Source: Microthyrium microscopicum (Eukaryota). Taken from it: a stretch of DNA of 64,000 bases. The DNA is taken from contig MU004232.1 in NCBI GenBank assembly GCA_010405405.1, positions 1,569,481 to 1,633,480 on the forward strand, read 5' to 3'. The notes beneath the pieces were generated by a model, which worked only from the letters and a program-made list of their open reading frames with translations, had not been told where the DNA came from and did not search any database. The first letter of the stretch is position 1, and each line of letters opens with the position of its first letter. The position numbers and the translations under genes are program-made. This document shows positions 51,999 to 63,886 of this stretch, one piece after another.

Positions 51999-54323
51999 AT
52001 GGCGTCTAGCCACGATATTCCACTCATGATTTCATCTCCCAACACCTCATCAGAGCGCCGAGTGTCTCCGGCATGGACCATTGCCCAATTCAAGACGCGT
52101 CTCGAGCCTATCACGGGGGTCCCGGCATCAGCTCAGCAATTGCGACTTGGCTCTGTGCCACTCCAAGCAAATGACGAGGAATCCACCTTGCTGTCAACTT
52201 TCTCTCTCCAGCCATATGCTGAGTTACATGTAGGTGCTTCTTCGTACTGTTCCATCGTCTCTTTTGTCCCCTTTCTTCAATCTCGCAACCCGGCATCTGG
52301 AAACCCAATTAGCAACATCTGCATCTCTTCCCTGCTCTGCCCTAGCGTGTTTGGGTTCATTGAACAATTTGCCTCTTTTATCGCCTGTCTGCCTGATCGA
52401 CGACTCAACACCAAAAAGTCCGAACTGTATACGCATGGAGCTCCACCCTACAGCCCCGCCAATGTACTTTTCGACCAACCCCATTGCAAGTCAACACTGC
52501 CCCATATTTGATTCGACAAATCGCAATGTGCCACATGTTGGACGCAAGCTGCACATCTTAGCCGGGCCTTTGGCAAACATAGTTGCACCACTTCTATTGG
52601 ACCACAGCGATCCGGTCCTTTGTTTTTCTACTGGGTTGACCGCAGGTCTGTCCGGTCACGGGGGGTGCCACAACTCTTAACTGGCCCTATCAAACTGCTT
52701 TGATATCCAGTATTCCAAAGATGGAAACATTCGAAAGGAACACCTCGTACCACAAAGCTGTTGAGTTTCCGGACATTTTTGGACGCCAATATTATGAAAG
52801 CCCACATTGTTGGAATTCAGGCCCTGGTTTGACTGCTTCAAAGGTGTTGTCAACGACACAACACTAGACACTCGTACTACAGGTCATCCTGGCTTGGTCC
52901 ACTATTTTCATTGTTTTTCTCGTAGAATTTCTTTGGAAACTAGTGCTTTTTCGACCCGACGTTCGATATGAACCTTGACGCCGGAGATCTCTCGCCATCG
53001 CCATTTGGGTTGGTTCGATGGAGCACCTCAAAACCTGCATTTTCAATCCCATCAATTTGGTACGGGCCGCATTGGCGCGCAACTATCTTCAAGCATGGCG
53101 CATATCTGGCAAGGGTCGTGCCGACCGGACTGGGCCTCTTGTCAAAAGCCGCCTCTCCGTTCAAATCGCAAATTGCACCAAGCCAGGTCGTCTGCAGCCG
53201 GATCATGGATGACGGAGAGTTAGGCAGCAGACGCCAACCGATGCGGCGAATGAGCGATCGAAAGGTGTTCCGCCCATTTGGATTCGTTCGGTTGTGCACC
53301 GCCTGATTGTGACGATGATTTCTGTCCGGCCTGATCGGCCTGGAGAGCTATTCGAGACCCCGGAACGCGGCGTAGGCGTTATTGGGTGATGGATGCGCCT
53401 CGTTGAAGATGTCACAGCTGCCAAATTCATGACGAGTAGAACTGTCAGCCGTATTGAATCAGTGACAACTTGGTCCAGTCCTAGAAGTGTGTCTTGGGCA
53501 AGCACTGGAGCATACCGCCAGTTTACAGTGATTTTTGCGATATCTCAGCCTTGCATGATAGCCTTGTAGACACAGATTGATGTCAAACTCGCACAGCATA
53601 TGCATCTCTACTCTTATATCCAAGAGCTTCGCACATATCTCAAATTCCAAAGTACAGCACAAGTCTCACGATGCAAACTATAGCACCAATCCTCTATTCC
53701 TCACTCACTGCTCACTTACGTGTCCAGGTCATCGATACCCGTCCCAAAAACCAACAGACAAACTACAACGATGTCTCTGCCGTTGACAAATACAACATGC
53801 CGGCTCCCGAGTACGAAGCTCGCACTGATTCCGTCCTCGCATGGAAGAAAGCCCAACATCTAGGTCGCTTTGATCCCAATGCTGGTACCATTGAAGAGCA
53901 AAAGGTCCGCGCTATAGAGCGCGAGATCGAAGAACGCCGTACGTCCCTCACTAGCATCACCATCATCTCTATAGTGAAAACTTGTTGTTCCATCTCCCAC
54001 TTTGCTACTGCTTGCCTTTCGTCAGTCACGTCTAACACTTGTTATTAGATATCAAAGTCGGCGCCCGCTGCGCCCTCCTACCCAGCTCCGACGCACGCCG
54101 CGGCACTGTCGCTTTCGTCGGGCCAGTCGAGCAAATCCCAGGCCTAGGCGCCTGGGTCGGCGTAGCCCTGGATGAGCCGACGGGCAAGAATGACGGCAGC
54201 GTCGGCGGCCAGCGCTACTTTACGTGTGCGGCCAAGAGCGGTGTGTTTGTGCGTCCGGAGCGCGTTGAGGTGGGTGATTTCGCGGTGCTGGATGACTTGG
54301 GCGAAGAGTTTGAGGAGATGTAG
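51999..54323 (+). CDS. ALF1: Tubulin folding cofactor B (Alf1/Alp11) (introns 52230-53727, 53939-54048)
   Basis: UBL domain (SERRVSPAWTIAQFKTRLEPITGVP...ELH/VIDTRP), YEARTDSVLAWKKAQHLGRFDP, and CAP-Gly WVGVALDEPTGKNDGSV...GVFVRPE ending EEM. Confidence 0.95.
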
Positions 54324-54549
54324 AAGGGACCGTATAGATACGGTGCAGAGATATCAAAATGGGGTTCGGCCAGAAGAATCACGTAGCTAAACCGTTCATA
54401 ATGAAGAAACAAACAAGTCATGCCAATTGCGCTATTCCTAGCCCATGCCTGGGGGTATCTTATCTCGCTCTCCTAATCCAACATGTGTGGCAATTCAACA
54501 CAGCGAAGCTAAATGTCAAGTTTGGAAAATCACGCCTCGTTAATCTCGT

Positions 54550-57500
54550 TCAGCTTTCTTCCTCCTCGTCTTCATCCGCCGGCGGCTCGTAAATCTTCTC
54601 TGCCCCCTGGGCGAAGAAGAGAGTGGCTGTCTTTGCACCCACGTTCTTGATGCTGTACGTATTACCTAGGTTCACAGCGTTAGTAAGCGTCATCGACTTT
54701 CTCGTTCGTGCATCATCGTCAAGTCACGCAACACAGCGGGTAGCTGAAGCAGGTACTGTGTTTGGCAAATAGCGATTCACTACCGTCCTGTGGTCCTCGC
54801 CGCGGGTATCCGCGCCGCCAGCTCCGCATGGCTCAGCAGTATCGAGCGAGAAGCTGTTGCGCCGATCTCGCTCATTGCTTGATCATCTGTGCTTGAACAT
54901 CTTCGTGGGCAGGATAGCTGAGAAGTTTTGTTGCACAGAGACTGCAGAAGAACGGTTGCTCAAGGGGAAAGGGGTGTCTGTGATACCAAGTATCAACACA
55001 CCACATTGCGCCGAGTACGACTACTTGCGCCGGCGATACTGCGCGGTATCAAGGCACTGCGCGATGCGGCACGGGCTGGCCCTGCGCAACAGCACAAGGG
55101 ACTTTGTCGGCGCTGCCATGCAGTATATGCGCGGGCTCGGACAGGGTAACAAGAAGAGGTGAAGAAGAGCAGGATCATGGTGCGACGGAAGACCAGGAGA
55201 TGAGTAGAAGACCAAGGCAAAAAGGGTACAAAAAATCTTCGCAGAGCATCTACCCGACGTCGTACGAGGCTGGTGCAACGCAGAAACGGGTCTTCTTCAG
55301 GAGAGAATGCCCAGACAGGACCAGGCAGCTTGCCGGTAAAGTCTTTGCGAATGTGAAAAGATATGGAGATCTGACGGGTAGGCAGACAACGGTCGCGGCT
55401 GCTTTGCTGGCAGTCGCTGTTCGGCTAGCAGAGATCGAGGATGAAGGGAATATGCTGCTTCGAGAAAAGTGTAGTGATGATGGTGAAGGTGAATTTGTTA
55501 ACGACTCACCGACTATTCCACCAGACCTGCAGGGACGAGAATTCAAGCCTTACACCCGAACAGCCGTAGTACAAGTGATGAGAAGGTGGTGGTTGGGGGG
55601 AAAAGAACAAGTGTTGGTGGTGGGGATGATCCTTGGGACAGGGAAATGGGGGTATATGAAGAATACAGAAATGGAGAAATTCTTACCTCTTGGAATCTGC
55701 CACGTACCGCCTTTGCTGATAGCGAATGTCGTGTTGGCAATCGTAACGGATACTTTGCCTTCAGATACGAAAAAACACATATGCATCTTGCGCGAATTTC
55801 GGCGGCCTTTGGAGCCTCCAACTGGGAGTTCCATGATGCCCGCTCCAAAGAATGATTCTTGGAGTATTCGGCCAAATTTGAAGTCTCCGCCCAGATTCTC
55901 CACAGTGATGATGCCTTGTTGACTTTTGGCAAGTTCTGCGTGAGGTTAGATTATGCCATTGCTAGAGATATCGTGAGAGAAAGCATACCTTGTGTGATCC
56001 ATTCGCCAGTGCCAGTGTCAATTTCTGGATCGTAGCCCTCAACTTCGCCCTCAACGATGCCTCTCTCTCGTTCCCACTCCTCCAAAGGGTCCTCCTCGTC
56101 CTCTTCTTGGAGCGATTCATCCTCTTCGATGACTTGCAGAAGTGCTGGCTGCTTCTGACCTCGAGCAGCACCCCTTTTCCGTGGGTTCTTTTTTTGCAAC
56201 ACTTCATCTGTGCGTAGGACTTCGACGACCTCTCCATCGTAATTTCGAAGAACCTTTTCATTCTTCCAAGCTGCAACAGGCTTCATTACCCGGCGGCCAC
56301 GCCGCGTTGTGGTATAGGCGGCATCAGCAGGCGTCATTTCGCGCTGGATTTGAAGCTCTCGCGCGCCAGGCCTTTGCGACTTTTGTGAAAAGAGGCTCTT
56401 TGTAGGGGGAGCTGAACCGCGCTCTTCAGAAGTACGCATACGCTTAGATGACGAGCTTTCTTCGCGGTCGGAATACTTTGTTGCTTTTCTCTTCTTAGAA
56501 GGGCCAACTTCGCTCACACTAGATTCAGAAACATGACCCGCCTCTTCGCTAGCACTCTCAGAATCTACACCCGGGTCCTCGTAAACGTCTTCATCATCTT
56601 CGTCATCATTTTCCGATACCTTATAATCAGATTCTGTTGGCTTTCTTTTACGCGACGATTTATTTCCAGGCGGAGGCATCAAAGACGAGTCGTTCCGGGC
56701 CGCAGATACATCCATGAGCTCAGGGTCAAGCAGCTCCTCATCAACAGATGAAACTACCTTGGCTTTCCCTTTCCCTTTGCCCTTTGCTTGCCGTTTCGTA
56801 GTAGTCTGTGGGTTTTTGGCACGCGACCGAGCAGTGTTCGGGGCATTCGTCGCAGCCTCTTGGTCGCTTTTCCGTGGGCGCCCTGCTTTCTTTTTCGGTT
56901 TCGGTTCCGGCTCCATAGCTATTTCGATAGAATCCTCGATGGTCTCTAGAGCCTCAATAACAGAGTTATCAGACTTCCGAGGCCGACCTCTCTTCTTTTT
57001 CTGCGCAATGGGTGATGATATCTGCCCTTCGTCTTCTTCAGGAGCCTCCAAGGGGCCAGATGGATACATATTATGCGGTTCTTCGTGGTAAACATCGTCT
57101 CCATCCTGATAGATGTGATCGTCATGAATCGGCAGCTCTTGCTCCTCCAGCCCTGCCATCGCCTGTTCTTCCATCAATTGCGTCGCAGGGTCAACTTGAC
57201 TGTCTCCATATCCTTCATCCTCATTTGCTTCTGCGATTGAGTTGATGTTGTGCGTAGCCTGCTCAGGTCGAGGGGATTCTGAAGATGGCGGTAGATCGTA
57301 CACATCGGCGGAATAGGATTGCCTTTGACCTCTTGTGATGTGACTCCGTATTGGCGAGCCCTCAATGCTGGGGCGTGGCTGATCTGGTTGAAAATTGAGC
57401 TTTCGCGACACGGCGCTGGATCGAATGGGCGGCCCCATGCTCGACCGTCGTGCTGAAGCACCTACTGAGGAGTGTCTGCGCGGTGAAGAGCCGATATTTG

Positions 57501-57869
57501 TTTTGCGCGGGGATTTGAGTGACGGAGGGGGCAGATGTGAGTTGGTACTTTTCAGAATGCGCCGCGCAGTCAGTATTTCGGTTGGATCGGCTGCAGATCC
57601 ACGCGACACTTCCATGTCCTTAGAGAGAAGTGTGTCATTGCCATTGCTAGGTTTCAGCGCTGGCGATCTACGAGGGGAGGAAAAGACGGCATCGATAGAC
57701 TCGAGTCCAAATTGATCTTGTTTCTGAGGAGCGACAGTAACGCCAGTTTTCCTATTGCTTGTCAGTCTCTTTGCCGCTGTAGTCTGATCCTTGCAGTAAC
57801 CGACCGTCCTTCGCGCCCAACATCAAAATACTGGTTGGTGTTTGCGCGCTTGCTCCTGGCGGGAGCCAT
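54550..57869 (-). CDS. MIF2: Kinetochore protein CENP-C/Mif2 (introns ~57752-57799, 55936-55988, 54666-55686)
   Basis: Mif2_N (YFDVGREGR/KTGVT..DQFGLESIDAVFSSP), two AT-hooks (KRGRPRK, AGRPRK), CENP-C motif TRRGRRVMKPVAAWKNEK, and cupin (GIMELPVGGSK..KMHMCFFV..GKV..WQIPR/GNTYSIKN..LFFAQG). Confidence 0.93.
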
Positions 57870-58972
57870 GATTTGTTGTGGTTGTGGAATCCAAAAGGAG
57901 AGGCAGAACAAAACGCTTGTGGTCAAAGTTCAATACACAGCCATGAGGTAATAGTCTCATATAATCCAAAATGGCAAGCAACACTGAACCTAGTGGGAGA
58001 GGAATAACTGCGAAGGAGTGATAAATGAGTGTTGTGGACGCGTTGGGAATCTGCGACGTTGGCGGCGTGTCTTGCAGGGGCTTGGCACGCTAAGGGACGG
58101 CGCCATCTCAGTTCAACCAATCAGAAGCTTCTTCAGCCTTATGACCATTTCACCTCAAAGCCTTGCTTAAAGCTGAGGTCAGAACGTTTTTGGCCTGTGA
58201 TGCGTTATTGGGACGAGAAGGAACAGTTCATATGTTAGGATAATAGATGCATACAATCGGCTAATATTTTAGGTAGAATTTTAACTTTTATCAGCATCAA
58301 TCGTCAGAGAAGGACTGGTAACGACTTGATGATAAAACAGCCCACAGAAAGCTTATGGCCATTGAGTGAGCAACCACTTAGAAGATATTAATTACTAAGA
58401 CAACGTTTTTGCTAAACGATGGATCTCTCGTCGCCAAGACAGCTTTTTTTCCTCTCTTGTTATAAACAGGTAGGTAGACGTTCTACGATTTCAATGATAT
58501 ATACAGCGCTTCATCCATTGAGTAGTACATGGTAGACATCTTACGCGATGGGAAGATACGCTCAAGCCGTAGGCTTGTCTAGCGGGAGAAAGGCATGTTC
58601 CAAAACAAAGTCTTTGTTCATATTCTTTACAAGCCATATCACCTTAGACAGTGATTTTGTCGCACCTAAAAATTCTTCACTTTAAAGCTGCGGCTACCTC
58701 TAATTGTTGCCTCACCACTACACAAGAACAAAGCAGAACAACTCCTCTCATTCTTTCCCTCCTTATCCACAACACGCACACCACACCACCCCTTCGAATC
58801 CGAACTCCTTGTCGCCCTGGTAAAACCGAAAAATCTTAAATTCGGCACAGCGATCCTACCATCAACGACCCCCATCGACTTCTTCGGCCGCCATTGCTGA
58901 CGCTTTATGTCGACAGCGTTCTTCCGCATCGCCTACGTTAAATACTGGACATATTGAACGCACTGAGCGAAC

Positions 58973-60367
58973 ATGTCTCTTCCGTCAGAACTCGTAGAGA
59001 TGTTTGAGCGATTGAGCTTGAAAGACAGCGGCAAGGCTCGTGTCTGCCGAAATAAGTCTGGTAAACTATATTCGAGCAGTACCAGACTTGTCAAAAACCG
59101 ACTGGCAGTTCCCATTGCTCAATCTCTGTTCAATGGTTTCCGGTCGATTTATGCGGAGTGGCTTCAGGACAAATCGAAGCCGATTCCTCAAGATTTCTTT
59201 ACCTTGCGCGGGCTTTCTCGCGACAGCAAATGAGCCACCGACCTCATATTCGAAGAAACATTCTTCGCAAGCAGAAGCTTAGTCCTCACCCAGAAATCTG
59301 TTGAGTCTTTCATAGCCGTCTGCAATCACCCACGATACTCAAAGCTGGTCCAAAAGCTTACTGTTCTTGCTCATCCCGGATCGTACCACTTCCAGGATTG
59401 GCAGCACATGACTGAGACATATTCCCAATGGTACGACTTGACGGCCCCTGGCAATACCAATAAACTTGCTTCAGCATCAATAGCAATGTGCGATGCCGTA
59501 GGTAAGCTGGTGAACTTAAAGCACATTGAAATTCTCACGAGCAAGGACGTTTATGCAGGGTTTGAAGCCTACGACCCTAAATATCTCTCCTATGGAAGCC
59601 ACGACCATCCTTTGTCACTCAGCGAGATAGACCAGCCAAACCAGCGGCAATCGGTGACCATGAGTTTGGTAATCTTTGGATATCTGCTGGATGCGCTTGG
59701 AAAGAATAGTCAAGTCGAGATCTTGTCCTCGAACGCCCACGACCTAATCAATCTCCAAAAGCGAGGAAATCTCGAGTGGCTTCAAAAGGTCAAGATCATA
59801 AACTATAGCCGCCAACAGAACACCCCGCGTGATGCGGCTGCGCTGAAATCCTACTTCCTTCCGTTATTGAAGGCGCATCTCAAGCTTGACCTGTTCCATT
59901 TTCAAAATTTCAAATCATGCTGTAAGAACAGCACTATGATTCAAGGCTGGCTTGCCCCAGCTTGGCCTAGAAACCTGTCAGTATCAATGCATCTCAAAAC
60001 GCTACAGTTCTCGAATTGTAATATCCACTGTCCGGTTTTTGAGTCATGGCTGGAATTTTTCTCGCAAACGAACGATGGAGGAGTGGCTAAGATTACGCTC
60101 CAGGATGTCACTCTTGTCGACGATGCTCCAAATTGGCTCGTCTGGAATTGCTGGAGCCGTCTCTTGAGAAGTTGGATTTATTCGCCAGTTCTTGAGCTAC
60201 GAGGGACTTTCCGGTTCACGCAATCTTCTTTAGCAGATGAAGATGCAAGATTGATGTCAAAGAAAGATATTATGTGGTCTGTGACCAATTGCTTGGCTCC
60301 TGGGATACAAGTTATCACCAAAGATTTGAGTTCTGTCACAATGGCAAACCAAGTACTCCAATACTAA
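58973..60367 (+). pseudogene. F-box-like hypothetical gene with a single in-frame TGA (59231-59233); paralogue of 61967-63886
   Basis: ORFs 58973-59233 and 59408-60367 are in the same frame with no other stop between them, and the bridging peptide aligns with the neighbouring paralogue. Confidence 0.75.
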
Positions 60368-61966
60368 CTGCTAAGATGCGTATGTTCTGCTCCACTCTCG
60401 TATCAAGTGTTTTACCTACCATAAAATTTGTTCCGACCTCCAAGCTCCTTGAATACAATGGCGAATATCACATCTTCATAATACACTGTTTAAGAGAGGT
60501 TTTGGTTGCAATCGCCGTTGATGGGAGGCGACGCTCGTCGTGCCACTCGTTTCGCAAAGGGCATAATGCGACGTACATTTCGTTTGCGTACCAACAAAGC
60601 TAATCGAGTTTACTTGTGGATATTGTATATGCAATCCAAACTGATTGTTTCGTTTTGTTGACTTTGGCCATTTTTGAACTTGTTCCAATAATTGATGGGA
60701 TGTGGGAAAGTTGTATATTTTCATGTACATATATAATCCTAAACCACATTAAGAGCCACACAACGAGCTATGACCAAATGCACAATAATAAGAAGCAGAA
60801 TTATATCAGAATATTACATTCACTTTCGATGCGGAATTGCGGTAAGCATTTGACCAATCATAGCGCGCCTCAGCCTTGCTCTCAGCCTTGTGAGAAACAT
60901 CATTCTTCACAACAGCAAAAAGCAGGTTCCACTGGGTTTGCATTATTTGATCTAGTAATGGACTAAGTAGATCTACTTGGAGCTGGCAGGCTCTTCTCCA
61001 AAAACAAACAATTGCTTACTGTAACATGCTTGCGATAGAACAAATAACACACGCTTGACATCTTGGGGGAGGACTTTTTATTCATTTCCCCCGACTCTTC
61101 GCGCCACTGACCGCCCTCACCATGTACTCTTAGAATGATTCTCGAGAGATGCTCATTTCTTACACATGCCGTGACATAATAGAGTACTTGCTCTCAACGA
61201 AGGCACCGGCACCTCGGAAACATGGTGGCGCTGTCAGCTTTCAGTTTAGTTGGTCACTCCTTTGAATTTCGAGAACTTTCATCCGGTACATTTTTTTCTA
61301 ATCCCACTGGTGGATAACCACTCGCACAAATCTAAATTTTATCGGGTGAGCAAATCAAAAATACCACATCTGAGGCTCCAACATGTACTTAATTCGCATG
61401 ATCGATTATGCTTTACTGATATTACGCCTTCTTCTCGCTACTACCATGACAGCGTCCCGTCAATAAGGCAGCAGCAGCTCTTTTCTATCTTAACAGGTGC
61501 AAGAGGAACCTGCCTAAAGGCTATTGGGGCAATTCAATGCCTCAGTAGTTGCACATGCGCTTTTATTGTGGCGACTAGTGTATCAAGTTCACCTTCACCT
61601 CATTCTTGGTCACTGACCGAACACCTCCGGGGTTCTTACAGCCAATCCGCACAAATTTGGTATAGTGCGATGATTGTCTAGGTCACGGCAGTCACTAGAC
61701 TCCACATATTTGGGGTACTTAAGTTGTTGTCCTGCTCTCAACAACTTCTTTTTCTTACACCATCCTTAAACCCACAACCTCAAAATTTGCAAAACTGAAC
61801 TTACAAACCGATCCTCTCCCACATGAGTTGACGCGAGTTCAAGTCTTCTTCTATATATTCGCAGCAGTTTCCTATACCCCGTCGACAGTGTTACGCTTGC
61901 TTCAGCGTATCCTCATCTGCAACTACTTCCACATCGCCCGCAACTACTTCATCACCAACCGCAGTT

Positions 61967-63886
61967 ATGAGTGCATCTGAAGGTCGCACGCTCTCCAAGT
62001 CCAACGCTCAAGTTCGATATGACGAGCATCGAGAGGCCGTTGAGTGGCGAAAAGTAAAACGAAGCCTTCATATACAAGCATGCAACCCGCCAAATGCGCG
62101 AGAGCCTGTTGAACGACTAGTCCACACGGCGGAAGAAGAACTTGAGTGGCGCGCGCAATGGCTTGCTGATCAGAGCGATACAGAATCAGTCACTTCCAAC
62201 TATTTTGTCGACGATGATGGCTACGAAATCATGACCGGTTTCCATCAGTCCACTGGTCTGGATCGAGAGGGATTCTCTATTGACAACATCAATGTCAACG
62301 GAATTAACCGTGTAGGGGAGCCGACCATTGAATATCTTCTTCGTCCACTTGACCCTCTCAAAGAAATCGCGCGAGACACATCACCATCAATATATTTCTG
62401 CCGACAAGCGCCCGAAACGGAGGTCGAACGAGTTGAGCCAGGTCCAAGCGATCGATTCGCTTCGCGGGCACTTTGGCGACACAATCCTACCCAATTCGCA
62501 ACGCTGCCGTCATGGGAGACAGAGAATCCAGTGGCTGACGCTGGCGCAGAAAATAAGCATGACGCTGAAATCGAGTCCGTACCAGTTATTGCTGCTGCGG
62601 GCAAGGCACTCTTCAATCTTCCTGTGGCTCAAGCGGTTTTCGAAGGTCTGAAGGCAATCAATATCGACGACATTGAGAAGTACTTCTGGGCACCAATTCC
62701 AGAAGAAATGTTAAACTGGCGCTTTATTGACAAGAATATCACATACGCTACAAGAATCCAGTTTGCGGAAACTTTCTTCAAGTCACGTAGTTTGACTTTG
62801 ACGCAGACATCGATTCAAACACTAGTCGAAATATCAAATCATCCACTCTTCTCGCAACATGTCAAAAAGCTCGTGCTGTGCTTGCTACCATTCGACAAAC
62901 CCACATTTCCCGGAGAGGATGTGTTTTCTACTTACCGGAGACACAAGGAGGAAGATATCTTGCGGTCGAAATGCCAGTCCTGGCAGGACATCACTACGAG
63001 CTGGTCGCCTATGCAACGCGAGGGCCTTCTGTCTTTACTACGATCCACAATCATGAAATTCCCGAACTTGAAACATGTGCAAATTCTTGAATCTCGAAGC
63101 TGTTCAACGAACAGCACCAGCAGTCGATATGATCTTGATGACGAATATATCGCCCCAACAGAAGACCAGGACTGGGCCAACGATGAGACTAACGGTATCA
63201 ACCAAGCCGCAAAAATGACGAGCTTACAAATGTTTGCTTTGATGTTGAGCGTCCTACCACCTGGCCATATCCAGACCTTTTCAGTCAAAATGGATTCAAT
63301 GGACTTGCTGGAGTGGCGAGAAATCGAACAACATCTCAGATTGGATCCGTTCTTATTGAAAGTTCAGGAAGTTAACTACAGCCATACTCAAGGCCCATAC
63401 GACCGGTTTCAAGGGTTTGAGTACTTTTTCATACCACTACTCTATTCAAACATCCGCCTGCGGAAGCTAAAGATAGAAAACATCAAATCACACATGGTGG
63501 GGGCCGGTAGAGGTCGCTGGGATGCTGCAAACTGGGTGGAGACAGACTTTGAAGTTCCTGCACATATCGACGAAATTGAGTTTTCCAATTGCCTTCTGAG
63601 CAAGCAAATTATGGCCTCTTGGATCCAAGCATTATCTCGAGCGCATCCAAGTAGAATCATAATCAACAACGTCACACTCGGAACTTATTGGATGGATCTC
63701 TTGAAGAACTGGGTCTGGTCGCCAATTTTGGAGCTTCGGGGAACGCTTCAATACACGTCGCGCTACTGGGGTGAGCGCCAGCGCTGGTGCAAGCGAGGTC
63801 GGAATGGGTGCGTTGTGATGAAGGAAATACGGAATATAGATCCCTCTGGGATGTGCACCGTCATTGTGGATAGCCTTGATGACTAG
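61967..63886 (+). CDS. Hypothetical 639 aa protein, lineage-specific F-box-like family
   Basis: Long intronless ORF; NWRFIDK...FAETFFKSRSL...ISNHPLFSQHVKKL is typical of fungal F-box-like proteins; shares several blocks with 58973-60367. Confidence 0.8.
   Translation: MSASEGRTLSKSNAQVRYDEHREAVEWRKVKRSLHIQACNPPNAREPVERLVHTAEEELEWRAQWLADQSDTESVTSNYFVDDDGYEIMTGFHQSTGLDREGFSIDNINVNGINRVGEPTIEYLLRPLDPLKEIARDTSPSIYFCRQAPETEVERVEPGPSDRFASRALWRHNPTQFATLPSWETENPVADAGAENKHDAEIESVPVIAAAGKALFNLPVAQAVFEGLKAINIDDIEKYFWAPIPEEMLNWRFIDKNITYATRIQFAETFFKSRSLTLTQTSIQTLVEISNHPLFSQHVKKLVLCLLPFDKPTFPGEDVFSTYRRHKEEDILRSKCQSWQDITTSWSPMQREGLLSLLRSTIMKFPNLKHVQILESRSCSTNSTSSRYDLDDEYIAPTEDQDWANDETNGINQAAKMTSLQMFALMLSVLPPGHIQTFSVKMDSMDLLEWREIEQHLRLDPFLLKVQEVNYSHTQGPYDRFQGFEYFFIPLLYSNIRLRKLKIENIKSHMVGAGRGRWDAANWVETDFEVPAHIDEIEFSNCLLSKQIMASWIQALSRAHPSRIIINNVTLGTYWMDLLKNWVWSPILELRGTLQYTSRYWGERQRWCKRGRNGCVVMKEIRNIDPSGMCTVIVDSLDD

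Noticed and set aside
52230..53727. Telomerase RNA, tRNA or RNase P/MRP RNA in the TBCB intron
   Set aside because: No TAACCCTAA-type template, no cloverleaf around the GTTCGA words and no recognisable conserved P4 motifs.
55104..55922. 272 aa plus-strand ORF antisense to CENP-C
   Set aside because: It has a non-ATG start, overlaps a cupin exon on the opposite strand and shows no recognisable domain, so it is treated as a shadow ORF unless antisense transcripts are found.
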